NCBI GenBank assembly: GCA_963664195.1
Contig: OY760907.1
Location: forward strand, 2,912,001-2,976,000
DNA from: an uncultured candidate division Zixibacteria bacterium
GTDB taxonomy: Bacteria; Zixibacteria; MSB-5A5; GN15; FEB-12
Direction: 5' to 3'
DNA length: 64,000 nt
The number at the start of each line of letters is the position of its first letter. Within the stretch, counting starts at the first letter, position 1. The notes under the pieces are model-generated. The model was given only the letters and a program-made list of their open reading frames with translations, did not search any database and was not told the DNA's origin. The translations under genes and the position numbers were made by a program. Of this stretch, positions 1 to 9,804 are shown one piece after another.

Positions 1-2
1 TC

Positions 3-473
3 GGTCTCTTGTTCTGGTTCCGACGTCGCAAGGACGAGGGAGAACTGGAAGACCTTCGTCCGCCGTGGGAGAAGTCGTTCGAGAAGCTGGCTTTCCTTAG
101 GCAGGAAGATTTCGTCGGCAGAGAGGAATACAAGGAATACTACTTGGCGCTGACGGAGATATCTCGGGAGTATCTTGGCTGGATGTTCAAGGTCGATGTT
201 CTCGAAATGACTACCACACAGTTTATGAAGGTGTTCGCTGATATCGAATTGCCGGATGGCGTATACGACGAACTCGGCGAGTTCTTCAAGCACGCCGATC
301 AAGTCAAGTTCGCCCGCTACGTGCCTCTTCGGGAGCGCACCGAGACGGATTTCGAGCTGGCGCACAACATGGTCGAACAGATTAGAGCCGAATTCGAACG
401 CCGTCAGGAAGAAGAAGTCAAAATCCAGACCATCGACAAGGCCGCTGAACCTGAAATCGAGGAGACTGTCTGA
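3..473 (+). CDS. Bat-cluster associated membrane protein (5'-truncated by window edge)
   Basis: Frame is open from position 3. End of a TM segment followed by a 'YYLALTEISREYL...EMTT...ADQVKFARY' pattern typical of the conserved protein upstream of batA. TGA overlaps the batA ATG. Confidence 0.65.
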   Translation, partial: GLLFWFRRRKDEGELEDLRPPWEKSFEKLAFLRQEDFVGREEYKEYYLALTEISREYLGWMFKVDVLEMTTTQFMKVFADIELPDGVYDELGEFFKHADQVKFARYVPLRERTETDFELAHNMVEQIRAEFERRQEEEVKIQTIDKAAEPEIEETV

Positions 474-1519
474 TGGGCAACATCGAGTTCTTCGGTCTGG
501 GAGTCAGCCTTCTTGACTACTTTGAGACGACTGTGCCGGCCTGGGTGATATTCGTCATCGGTGCGATGTTCGTGGCCCTCATGACCTGGCACTATTTCGC
601 CCGGGCGAGATTCAAAACTTCCGCGATCAAATACTCCGATGTGCGCATTGTTCAACGTGCCGCCCGTACCGGCCGCCAGCGATACCGCGCGATACTGCCG
701 GTCCTGCGCATAGTCGCCGTTGCGTTATTGTTTGTTGCCTTAGCCCGCCCGAGATCCGGCACGGAGATTCGTGAGATCACTTCTGAGGGCGTGGACATCA
801 TGCTGGCGCTTGACGTTTCCTCGTCGATGCAGGCGGAGGACTTCAAGCCGCACAATCGGTTGTATGTCGCCAAGGAAGAAATCAAGAAGTTTGTCAACAA
901 GCGTGAGCATGACCGAATCGGTCTGGTGGTGTTTGCCAAACATTCCTTTACCCAGTGCCCGCTGACGGTTGACTACGGCGTACTTCTGAGATTCGTCGAT
1001 CAGGTGGATTTCGGGCTGATTGAGGACGGTACCGCTATCGGTATGGCTATTGCCAACGGTGTAAACCGGCTGCGCGAGTCAGAATCCAAGTCTAAAATCA
1101 TGATCTTGCTGACCGATGGGGACAACAACGCCGGGGAGATCGATCCGGTGACGGCAGCATCTCTTGCCGCGGCATTTGACATCAAGATATACACGATTGC
1201 TGCAGGGCAGACCGGCAATCTGATGTATCCGATTGATGACCCGATTTTCGGCAAACGATACGTCGCCAAACCGAGCCGGATCGATGAAGCTACGCTTAAG
1301 CAGATTGCCGATGCAACCGGAGGAAAATACTACCGGGCGAGATCGGGAGAGGAACTTGAGCAAATTTACTCGCTGATCGACGGGCTGGAGAAGACCGAGA
1401 TTGAGGTCTCGGCGCACAGGCAGTACACGGAGTTGTTCCATTTCTTCGTTTATGCCGGGCTATTGTTGCTGGCGTTGGAGATGGTTCTGGCGGGAAGCGT
1501 TTTTCGCAAGCTGCCCTGA
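473..1519 (+). CDS. batA: BatA, VWA-domain aerotolerance protein
   Basis: N-terminal TM helices, ALARP, MIDAS DVSSSM, GTAIG, LLTDG, C-terminal TM ending RKLP. Confidence 0.9.
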   Translation: MGNIEFFGLGVSLLDYFETTVPAWVIFVIGAMFVALMTWHYFARARFKTSAIKYSDVRIVQRAARTGRQRYRAILPVLRIVAVALLFVALARPRSGTEIREITSEGVDIMLALDVSSSMQAEDFKPHNRLYVAKEEIKKFVNKREHDRIGLVVFAKHSFTQCPLTVDYGVLLRFVDQVDFGLIEDGTAIGMAIANGVNRLRESESKSKIMILLTDGDNNAGEIDPVTAASLAAAFDIKIYTIAAGQTGNLMYPIDDPIFGKRYVAKPSRIDEATLKQIADATGGKYYRARSGEELEQIYSLIDGLEKTEIEVSAHRQYTELFHFFVYAGLLLLALEMVLAGSVFRKLP

Positions 1520-1545
1520 TTTGACTAAGAGGATGATGATCTTAT

Positions 1546-2574
1546 ATGCGATTTGCTGAACCTTTCAATTTTCTGATACTCATCGGAGTGCTTCTTCTGG
1601 GGGCATTTGCTTTCTGGGCGATTGCTAGGAAGAAGAAACTCCTGAGCCTGTTTGGTGATCTTCCGCTTATCATGAAGAACTCGCCGTACATTTCGTTTCC
1701 CCGTCAGCGGACGAAAGTCATTTTGGTGCTGCTGGGGCTGACGTTTCTATCGGTGTCTCTTGCCCGGTTGCAGTTCGGCACCCATCTGGAGACACAGAAA
1801 CGTGAGGGGATCGACATTGTGGTGGCGCTGGATTTATCCAACTCCATGATGGCGCAAGATATGCAGCCGAATCGTTTGGAGAAGGCCAAGCAGGAGATTC
1901 GGAGCATTGTTCAGCGTCTTACCGGTGACAGGATCGGCCTGGTGGCGTTTGCCGGTGAGGCGTTTGTCCAGTGTCCGCTGACCCTCGACTATGCCGCGGC
2001 TGATATGCTGCTCGACGTAATGGATCAGAATTCGGTGTCGGTGCAGGGGACCTCGCTGTCCTCGGCGATAAAAGCTGCGCAGTCGGCCTTCTCTCAGGAG
2101 GAGAAGAAGCACAAAGTTCTGTTGCTTCTCACCGATGGCGAAGACCACGAGGGCGGCGCGATTGAGCAGGCCGAGGCGGCGCGCAAAGAAGGTGTGAAAA
2201 TCTACACTGTCGGTATTGGCAACCCTGCCGGGGAACCTATTCCGGTGTTGGACCGTAAAGGTAACCAGGTTGGTTTCCGTAAGGACGACAACGGCGAAGT
2301 GATTGTTTCGCGACTCGATGAGACTACTTTGCAGAAAATCTCCCTGGAGACCGGCGGCCGCTACTATCCGGCAACCGCGGGAGAACTTGAACTTGACCGG
2401 ATTTTTGACGAGATATCCAAGCTCGAAAAGAAAGAGCTTGAGGGGACGCTGGTAACACGGTACGATGACCGGTACCAGTGGCCGTTGCTGCTTGCCCTGT
2501 TGTTTGTCGTGAGTGAGTTTTTCGTCTCGGAACGCAAGAAGCCGAACGGGAGCGTAGTGAATAATGAAGCATAA
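1546..2574 (+). CDS. batB: BatB, VWA-domain protein
   Basis: DLSNSM MIDAS, PLTLDY, LLTDGEDH, C-terminal 'DRYQWPL' TM; follows batA. Confidence 0.88.
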   Translation: MRFAEPFNFLILIGVLLLGAFAFWAIARKKKLLSLFGDLPLIMKNSPYISFPRQRTKVILVLLGLTFLSVSLARLQFGTHLETQKREGIDIVVALDLSNSMMAQDMQPNRLEKAKQEIRSIVQRLTGDRIGLVAFAGEAFVQCPLTLDYAAADMLLDVMDQNSVSVQGTSLSSAIKAAQSAFSQEEKKHKVLLLLTDGEDHEGGAIEQAEAARKEGVKIYTVGIGNPAGEPIPVLDRKGNQVGFRKDDNGEVIVSRLDETTLQKISLETGGRYYPATAGELELDRIFDEISKLEKKELEGTLVTRYDDRYQWPLLLALLFVVSEFFVSERKKPNGSVVNNEA

Positions 2575-3343
2575 GATTTTGTTTACAATACTCGGGTTTG
2601 GCGTTCTGTCGGTCGTTTCGGTTCAGGCTGAGTCGGTTGCGAACGTCGTCGACAAGGGCAACGAGGCTTATGTCGGTAATCAGCTCAAGGAAGCATTGGA
2701 GCAATACCAGATCGCCGAGACGGAATTGCCCGAATCACCAGAGCTTGACTACAATATCGCGGGAGTTTTGCATCAGCAGGGAAAGTACGAGGAGGCGGTT
2801 GATCGGTATTCCAAAGCGCTCAACTCCACGGACATTGATGTTGAGGCGAGGGCGCAATACAATCTCGGTGGCACGCATTTTCGCATGGGTGACTACCAGA
2901 AGGCAATCGAGAGCTACCAGAAGGCGCTGACGCTTAACCCGGATGACATGGACGCCAAGTACAACCTGGAACTGTCTCGCAAACTGCTCAAAGAGCAGAT
3001 GAAACCGAAAGATCAGCAAGACGATCAGAAACAGCAGCAGCAGGAAAAACAGCAGCAGGATCAGCAAGAGCAGCAGCAGAAGCAACAGGAACAGGAAGAA
3101 CAGGATCAGCAGAGCGAGCAGGAGAAACAACAGCAACAGGGCGAAGATGCTGCCCAGCCGGAGGGACAGCCTGAGGATAAGCAAAAGGAAGAGCAGCAGC
3201 AGCAACAACAGCAGGTCGAAGAGAAACAGATGTCTAAAGAGAATGCCGAGCGTATTCTGAATGCCCTGAAAGATGACGAGCAGGACGTCCAGAAGAAAAT
3301 CAAGCGGGCTATCGGCGGCGATTACCGGGGGAAGGACTGGTAG
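2564..3343 (+). CDS. batC: BatC, TPR protein with Q/E-rich linker
   Basis: Signal peptide, TPRs (YNLG...YQKAL..NP.D.DAKYNL), poly-Q linker, C-terminal AERILNAL...KDW. Confidence 0.85.
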   Translation: MKHKILFTILGFGVLSVVSVQAESVANVVDKGNEAYVGNQLKEALEQYQIAETELPESPELDYNIAGVLHQQGKYEEAVDRYSKALNSTDIDVEARAQYNLGGTHFRMGDYQKAIESYQKALTLNPDDMDAKYNLELSRKLLKEQMKPKDQQDDQKQQQQEKQQQDQQEQQQKQQEQEEQDQQSEQEKQQQQGEDAAQPEGQPEDKQKEEQQQQQQQVEEKQMSKENAERILNALKDDEQDVQKKIKRAIGGDYRGKDW

Positions 3344-3344
3344 T

Positions 3345-5147
3345 ATGAATGCTCGGCTAACGCTGCTCATCTGCCTGGTGTGTCTTCTGATGCCTGCCGT
3401 GTTGTCGGCACAAACACAGCCGGTAGTCAACATTGAGGTTTCGCTGAGTCGGGATACTATCGGCCTGGACGAACAGGCGTTGTTGTCTGTTGTCGTCTCC
3501 GGCACAACGCAGGACCTGCCGCGACCGAATATGCCGACTCTGCCAATGTTCGAAGTCTACTCGCAGGGGCAGTCCAGTAACTATTCGATCACAAACGGAC
3601 GGGTCGAGGCTTCGGTGACCTATCGCTATCTGATTCTGCCACAGAAACCGGGCGACTTTCCGATTCAGAATATCTCGCTGGTTTATCAGAACAAACGATA
3701 CAAGGGCAATGTCGTTACCCTTACCATTCTGGATAAAGGCTCGGCCACTCCACCGGAGTTGGAAGAGCGGGCACAGGGGGATGACGGACGCGGAAAGGAT
3801 TATTTCCTCGAGGCAATTGTAGACAACAACAAACCGTACGTCAATCAGCAGGTGACGCTGACCCTGAAGTTCTATATCGCGGTCAAGTTCTATGGTTCTC
3901 CGGGGCTTACCGAACCGACAACTACCGGTTTCTGGACAGAGATACTCGGCAACAAGGCGCCGTACTATCAGAAACTCAACAATCGCGACTATCGCGTCAT
4001 TGAACGCAAGTATGCTCTGTTTCCGACCCAAACTGGTGTTCTTACGATTGGCCGCGCAATCATCACGGCTACAGTCGCCGGCCAGCGCAGTCGTCGAGGC
4101 AGTCCGTTCGACATTTTTGGTATGGGCTCCGGTGAGGAGATCCAGGTGCGCTCTCAGCCGATCAAAATCGATGTCAAGCCGCTGCCGACCGAAGGGCGCC
4201 CCAGGGATTTCACCGGTACCATTGGCCGTTTCTCGATGGAAGCAGTGCCGAACAAGACCACGGTTGAGTTGAACCAGCCAGTGTCGGTCGAGTTCAAGAT
4301 CAACGGCACCGGCAACATCAAGTCGGTGGCCGAGCCAACGATACCGGAGCTTCCGGATTTTCGCGTCTACCGGGCTGCCAGCCGCGAAAACGTGTCGAAA
4401 TACAATGACCAGATCGGCGGCGTGAAGACGTTTGAGGAGGTCTTTATCCCCAGAGTGCCAGGCACGCTTGAGATTCCCGCGCTCAGTTTTAATTACTTCG
4501 ATCCCAAGCGGGGCAAGTACCAGACTGTGAGCACTCGCCCGATTCAGGTTAAGGTATCCAAGCCCGAGGGTTATACCGGGTCGAACGGCGTTGTGTACGG
4601 AGGTCCGAATGTCACCATCAGCTCCGATGCGCGCGACATTCGGTACATCAAGACTGATCTGGGAAAGGTTCGTCCCGAAGGATTCGTTCTGCTTCGCAGT
4701 CCTGTTTATTTCGCGGTCAACGCCCTCCCGATTCTATTGTTTGCCTCGGTGATGGTGTACCGGATGCGCAGGGAGAAGCTCTCCGGCGATGTCGGCTATG
4801 CTCGTTCGCGGGCAGCCTCGAAGATGGCCAGGAAGCGTCTTGCACGCGCGCGAAGTCTGGCCGGTGCGGGCAAGTCAGGGGAGTTCTTTGCAGAGTGCAG
4901 TCAGGTGGTGATGTCGTATATCGCCGACAAGTTGAACATTTCGCCCCACGGACTGACCTCTGACAAGATTGCTGGGGTGCTCAGGGAACGAGCGGCCGAG
5001 GAAAGCCTGATCGACGACACGAAAGGTTTCCTCGACAAGTGCGGGTTTGGTCAGTACGCGCCCGGCGCGGCAGGCAACGATGATGTTGGTCACACTCTGG
5101 CCGCAGCGGAAGACCTCATGGTGCGAATGGAGGGAGTCAGGTTTTGA
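3345..5147 (+). CDS. batD: BatD family protein
   Basis: Start chosen at ATG 3345 (signal peptide MNARLTLLI...). Repeated Ig-like BatD modules (GTGNIK, IPALSFNYFDP), C-terminal TM. Confidence 0.85.
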   Translation: MNARLTLLICLVCLLMPAVLSAQTQPVVNIEVSLSRDTIGLDEQALLSVVVSGTTQDLPRPNMPTLPMFEVYSQGQSSNYSITNGRVEASVTYRYLILPQKPGDFPIQNISLVYQNKRYKGNVVTLTILDKGSATPPELEERAQGDDGRGKDYFLEAIVDNNKPYVNQQVTLTLKFYIAVKFYGSPGLTEPTTTGFWTEILGNKAPYYQKLNNRDYRVIERKYALFPTQTGVLTIGRAIITATVAGQRSRRGSPFDIFGMGSGEEIQVRSQPIKIDVKPLPTEGRPRDFTGTIGRFSMEAVPNKTTVELNQPVSVEFKINGTGNIKSVAEPTIPELPDFRVYRAASRENVSKYNDQIGGVKTFEEVFIPRVPGTLEIPALSFNYFDPKRGKYQTVSTRPIQVKVSKPEGYTGSNGVVYGGPNVTISSDARDIRYIKTDLGKVRPEGFVLLRSPVYFAVNALPILLFASVMVYRMRREKLSGDVGYARSRAASKMARKRLARARSLAGAGKSGEFFAECSQVVMSYIADKLNISPHGLTSDKIAGVLRERAAEESLIDDTKGFLDKCGFGQYAPGAAGNDDVGHTLAAAEDLMVRMEGVRF

Positions 5148-5899
5148 GTATTCGAACTAGTCTCGCAGTCGTGATTCTGACTTTAGCCTGGTGTTCGTGC
5201 GGTTTTGCTACCTCTTCGGAGCAGTTTGAGAAAGCGAATGCCTTCTATGAGGCCAAAGCGTACGACTCCGCCGTGGTTGCGTACGAATCGATTCTTGACA
5301 GCGGAGTTGAGTCGGCCGCATTGTATTTCAATCTTGGCAACGCCTGTTTCCGACAGCAGGATATCGGTCACGCCGTATTGTACTATCTCAAAGCTCGACG
5401 GCTCGATCCGACCGATCAGGACATTGCCGACAATCTTGAGTTCGCCGGACGGTTTACCTCGGTCCACATGGAAGGGGTCAAGCTCAATCCGATCGAGAGT
5501 TTCTTTGATTCGCTGGTCGACCCTTATCGACTTGCGGTTCTGGCGTGGGTGACAACAGCGTTCCTCGCTCTGTTTTTCATCTTCCTGACACTGAGATTCG
5601 GTCTGAGGTTTCAGGGGTTGGCGGTTCGTGGCGGGGTGATTATCTCTCTGGCCGTGTTGTTGGTGATGTCGCTTATGACGACGGTCAAATACAATACTGA
5701 ATACCTCACTGAACGGGGAGTAGTCATAGCGGAGGATTCGATTGTCCGCACGGGACCGTCGAACAACTCCGAGAAGGAGCTGGCGGCAGCCCCGGGATTG
5801 GTCGTAGAGATACTGTCTGAGTCCGGTGATTTCTACAACGTTCTGTTCGAAAACAAACGTCGCGGTTGGATCCAGAAAGATTTAGTCGCTGTCATATAA
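5144..5899 (+). CDS. batE: BatE, TPR + TM + SH3b protein
   Basis: Signal peptide, TPR (YFNLGNA), two TMs, SH3b-like C-terminus ending in GWI. Confidence 0.82.
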   Translation: MSIRTSLAVVILTLAWCSCGFATSSEQFEKANAFYEAKAYDSAVVAYESILDSGVESAALYFNLGNACFRQQDIGHAVLYYLKARRLDPTDQDIADNLEFAGRFTSVHMEGVKLNPIESFFDSLVDPYRLAVLAWVTTAFLALFFIFLTLRFGLRFQGLAVRGGVIISLAVLLVMSLMTTVKYNTEYLTERGVVIAEDSIVRTGPSNNSEKELAAAPGLVVEILSESGDFYNVLFENKRRGWIQKDLVAVI

Positions 5900-5932
5900 C
5901 AACTTACGGCAATCCACCCCGCCTTATTTCGT

Positions 5933-5961
5933 TTGACACTTCCGGGGTCATGCTCTATCTT
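5933..5961 (+). promoter_or_regulatory. sigma70-type promoter
   Basis: TTGACA-N17-TATCTT upstream of the 5992 ORF. Confidence 0.55.
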
Positions 5962-5991
5962 GGACTTCAGAATCTAGACTAGCGCAGGTAT

Positions 5992-7035
5992 ATGACCTCA
6001 TTTTGGAAGAAAAAGCAATTCTGGGGTACGCTTATAGCATTGGTGCTGCTGGCGTATTGCCTCAAAGACATAACTATCGAGGAGCTTAAGCTTCTCGGCA
6101 CACGTCTGAATTTCTACTATGTCATTCCTGCCACGGTGTCAGGTTTTCTGTATATGCTTTTCAAAGGACTTCGCTGGCGGGCAATGGTCTCCCGTCAGAA
6201 GAAGATTCCGTTCTGGCGCGCGATAACTCTCTACTCGACCGGTCAGATACTCGGTATCGTTATGCCCGCCCTCACCGGGCAGGTAGGACGGCTGGTGCTG
6301 TTCTCTCGCAAAGAGGGACTGAAGAAGACGTTCGTGTTTTCGACCATCATCCTGGAGGTTCTGTTTGACGCTATCAGCCTGATCGTTTTTATGCTGATCA
6401 CTTCGTTTGCATTTGTGTTCCCCAGCGAGTATCGCTACATGAGCACCGTGGTGTCAGGGGTCACGGTTGGCGCGTTGATCTGTCTGTACCTGATGCTGCA
6501 CTATCAGGAAGGAGCGGAGAATTTCGGACGGAAGTGTCTTCGCAACCGCTGGCCGGGAGCATACATCACGGTCAAGAAGTTCATTCGGTCCTTTACAAAA
6601 GGCATTGAAGTACTCAGATCGAGCCAGCACATGGCCGGCACGATGGCACTGTCGCTCCTGTCCTGGGGGGCTCACATGATGGTCGTCTGGTATTTGATGA
6701 AGGCCTTTGGATTAGAACTACCGTTTGCAGCTGCGGCAGTAGTCATGATTATCAATACGATTGTGTTAATGGTGCCTATCACTCCCGGTAACGCGGGGAC
6801 GTTCGAGGTTGCTGTATCGACGTCGCTGGCTGCTTTCTCGGTGGGGCGTTCCGATGCCGTGCTGTTTGCGCTGGCCCTGCACATAATGGATTTCGTTCCA
6901 ATCTTCGTTTATTCATTCTACTTCTTGCGCATTGAACGCCAGTCCGTTATGGATATCAAGGAAGAGCACGAGGAGGATATGGTGCCAGACTATATCGATG
7001 AGGAAGGCGGCTTTATCGGGGAAGAGCGGTTATGA
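5992..7035 (+). CDS. UPF0104 / lysylphosphatidylglycerol-synthase TM-domain (flippase-like) membrane protein
   Basis: About 8 TM helices, LRW motif, 'P.TPGNAGTFE' signature. Confidence 0.8.
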   Translation: MTSFWKKKQFWGTLIALVLLAYCLKDITIEELKLLGTRLNFYYVIPATVSGFLYMLFKGLRWRAMVSRQKKIPFWRAITLYSTGQILGIVMPALTGQVGRLVLFSRKEGLKKTFVFSTIILEVLFDAISLIVFMLITSFAFVFPSEYRYMSTVVSGVTVGALICLYLMLHYQEGAENFGRKCLRNRWPGAYITVKKFIRSFTKGIEVLRSSQHMAGTMALSLLSWGAHMMVVWYLMKAFGLELPFAAAAVVMIINTIVLMVPITPGNAGTFEVAVSTSLAAFSVGRSDAVLFALALHIMDFVPIFVYSFYFLRIERQSVMDIKEEHEEDMVPDYIDEEGGFIGEERL

Positions 7036-8003
7036 TCAAGTCGTTCTACTACCATCCCGATCTCGAGCGGGTCAAAGTGATCGATGGTATCGCCGATTTC
7101 GACGGTATGTTCGAAAAAGAAGGCTCGGTCCTCTGGGTCGACATGTGCAAGCCTACCGACGAGGAGTCGTACGTGCTCACGCACGATTTCAGTTTCCACC
7201 CGCTGGCGATTGAGGACGTGATTTCAGAGAAGTCGCGCACGAAAATCGATGACTACGGGCGCTACCTGTTTCTGGTCTTCAATATCGTCGACTACATTGG
7301 CCGTGAAGAAGGCCTGAAAATCAGCGAACTGGATTTGTTCCTGAGTCACAACGTGCTGGTAACGGTGCACTACGACGAGCACCGTCTATTCGACTACCTC
7401 TACAGTCGGGCACAGCGCGGAGATCGCCTGATTGACCGTGGCGCGGATTACCTGCTTCACTCTGTCATCGACTCCGTGGTGGACAACTACAACACCACGC
7501 TAGATATCTTCGAGTACGAAAGCGACCAAATCGAGGAAGAAGTGCTGGGGAGTTTCGACGAAGATACGTTGAAATCTATCTTCACGCTGGGTCGAGACAT
7601 CGTGGAACTAAAGCGTATCGTCCGTCCGCAGCGCGACGTGGTGAGTCGGCTGTCCCGCGAAGAATTCAAACTTGTGTCGCCGGACCTGAAAGCATATTTT
7701 GCTGACATCAACGACCACCTAGTGAGAGTTTTCGAATTGGCCGACTCCCACCGTGAGTTGGTCAACTCATCGTTGCAAGTGTACTACTCATCGGTCTCAA
7801 CCAAGACCAACGATATCATCAAAGTGCTCACACTCCTGACGGCGTTGTTTATCCCACCGACATTCCTGGTTGGACTCTGGGGAATGAACTTCAAATATAT
7901 GCCTGAACTCAACCACCCGCACGGATACATGATTGCGATTGGCGTCATGTTGGTCATCATGGTGGGGATGATACTGTTCTTCAAGAAGAAGAAGTGGCTC
8001 TAG
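7032..8003 (+). CDS. corA: Mg/Co transporter CorA
   Basis: HPLAIED, PPT...WGMNF (GMN) motif, MPEL, two C-terminal TMs ending KKKWL. Confidence 0.93.
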   Translation: MIKSFYYHPDLERVKVIDGIADFDGMFEKEGSVLWVDMCKPTDEESYVLTHDFSFHPLAIEDVISEKSRTKIDDYGRYLFLVFNIVDYIGREEGLKISELDLFLSHNVLVTVHYDEHRLFDYLYSRAQRGDRLIDRGADYLLHSVIDSVVDNYNTTLDIFEYESDQIEEEVLGSFDEDTLKSIFTLGRDIVELKRIVRPQRDVVSRLSREEFKLVSPDLKAYFADINDHLVRVFELADSHRELVNSSLQVYYSSVSTKTNDIIKVLTLLTALFIPPTFLVGLWGMNFKYMPELNHPHGYMIAIGVMLVIMVGMILFFKKKKWL

Positions 8004-8148
8004 TGCAGCCCTTTTGCGGGGCACTACAGGCACGATTCCGACTCGATTCCGGGACGCGGGCTACAATTTCTGAACCCTCATGGCATGCCAGACGTTGCAC
8101 TGTGTAATACTCCGGATGGACATGAGAGGAGCGACTGAGGAAACCAGC

Positions 8149-9804
8149 ATGGCTGAGCAAATGCTTAACAGGACAGGGGCCGCTTTGCCTGATAGAATTG
8201 CACCCCGGAAACTTGCATATTCGTCTCTATACCTTGACCAGATTGCAGGCAAGGCGCCGGCGGCTGAATTCTTCGTCACCCGCGATATCCGTGCGGCGGC
8301 GAGCAAACTCGACAGCGTGACTTTCGACCGCAAGAGCCTCGCAGAGATCCTGCACTCCCAGAATCTGGTTTACAGTGCCTCTGAGGAAACGCACTCGAAT
8401 ATTGATAAGCTCGCTGACGAACGGACGCTCTGTGTTTTCTCCGGCCAGCAGGCAGGGTTTCTTGGCGGACCGCTTCTGACTTTGGTGAAGGCGCTGGCTG
8501 TAGTCAAAGCCGCGGGCAGGTATTCTGAGGAACTGGGGCGCCCGGTGGTACCGATCTTCTGGATTGCCGGCGATGATCATGATTTCGAGGAAGCAAATCA
8601 TACCTGGCTGCTGAACCGTGAGGGCGCACCCTGCCGCAACGCTTACAACACGGCACCCGAACTCGCCGTGCCTGCCAGTGAGATCAAGTTCTGTGATCGC
8701 GATGAACTCACCCGCGCCAAAAAACAACTCATAGAGTGTCTCGGGGAGACTGATTTCACCGACCGCCTGATGCAGCTTGTAGACCATGCCTACACGCCGA
8801 GCGATACGTTTGTGACGGCATTCGGTCGGTTCATGGCAGGGCTGACAGCGGAGTACGGATTGATCTTCTTCAGTCCTGGTGACAGCGGAGCCAAGCGATT
8901 AGCGGCTCCTCTCTTTGAGGCCATCATTGAAAAACAGGCTGGCGTTCACGACTTGCTCACCGCCCGAAACAGTGAGATTGAACGGGCCGGGTATCACATA
9001 CAAGTTGAAAAGAGCGACGATTCCACGCACCTGTTCTACAATCTCGATGGCCGCAGACCGGTGGTGCGTGACGGCGACGGTTTCACGGTGGGGGACAGCA
9101 GGTTCACGAAAGAGGAGCTGCTCGACAGGATCAGAGAACACCCCGATCGGTTCTCACCTGATGTCATGACCCGCCCGCTCATGCAGTCATACTTGTTTCC
9201 GGTAGTCTCTCAGAAGGGTGGGCCGGCGGAGATTGCGTACCTGGCGCAGCTCAATCCGCTTTTTGATCTGTTCGACCTGGTTGCCCCGCATGTCAAGGCG
9301 CGCGCGACCATGACGCTCACCGAAGCTCGGTTTGAAAAGATGCTCCTGGAACTTGATGTCGAGTTCGAAGAACTTACCGGCGACATCGAACAGGTTGTCA
9401 ACCGGATCCTGGCGAGAACATTCCCTGCTGACCTGGAGGGTGAATTCAACGAACTGCGGCAGGCACTGGAGCAACGGTTCTCACAATTCCGCAGGGAAGC
9501 GCTTGAATTCGACCCGCAGCTTGCCAGAGTCGCAGAGCAGGCGCAGGGGAAAATCGACTACACCCTGAAAGGATTCGAACAAAAAGTCTGGGCTGCCCAC
9601 AAGCGGAAAAGCCAGCAGACGCGAGACAAGGTGTATCGGCTCTACCACGCGCTGTACACCAATCGCGGTTTGCAGGAACGTGCGCTCAATGTGACCTATT
9701 TCATCTCTCGCTATGGATTCGACATCATCCCCTACATGTATGACCGTCTCGACAGCGAGGAAACCGACCATCAATTGATCAGCCTATCGGAGTACACGAC
9801 TTAA
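8149..9804 (+). CDS. bshC: Bacillithiol biosynthesis cysteine-adding enzyme BshC
   Basis: GQQ.G..GGPL, PIFWIAGDDHDFEE, FSPDV..RP, GGPAEIAY, QER motifs; start at ATG 8149 with GAGG RBS. Confidence 0.9.
   Translation: MAEQMLNRTGAALPDRIAPRKLAYSSLYLDQIAGKAPAAEFFVTRDIRAAASKLDSVTFDRKSLAEILHSQNLVYSASEETHSNIDKLADERTLCVFSGQQAGFLGGPLLTLVKALAVVKAAGRYSEELGRPVVPIFWIAGDDHDFEEANHTWLLNREGAPCRNAYNTAPELAVPASEIKFCDRDELTRAKKQLIECLGETDFTDRLMQLVDHAYTPSDTFVTAFGRFMAGLTAEYGLIFFSPGDSGAKRLAAPLFEAIIEKQAGVHDLLTARNSEIERAGYHIQVEKSDDSTHLFYNLDGRRPVVRDGDGFTVGDSRFTKEELLDRIREHPDRFSPDVMTRPLMQSYLFPVVSQKGGPAEIAYLAQLNPLFDLFDLVAPHVKARATMTLTEARFEKMLLELDVEFEELTGDIEQVVNRILARTFPADLEGEFNELRQALEQRFSQFRREALEFDPQLARVAEQAQGKIDYTLKGFEQKVWAAHKRKSQQTRDKVYRLYHALYTNRGLQERALNVTYFISRYGFDIIPYMYDRLDSEETDHQLISLSEYTT

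Noticed and set aside
2995..3230. CAG/CAA-rich tandem-looking repeat and the antisense Leu-rich ORF 2735-3505
   Set aside because: This is the ordinary Q/E-rich linker of BatC; the antisense ORF is its shadow.
8081..8099. sigma54 promoter upstream of bshC (TGGCAT...TTGCA)
   Set aside because: GG-to-GC spacing is 13 nt rather than the required 10.
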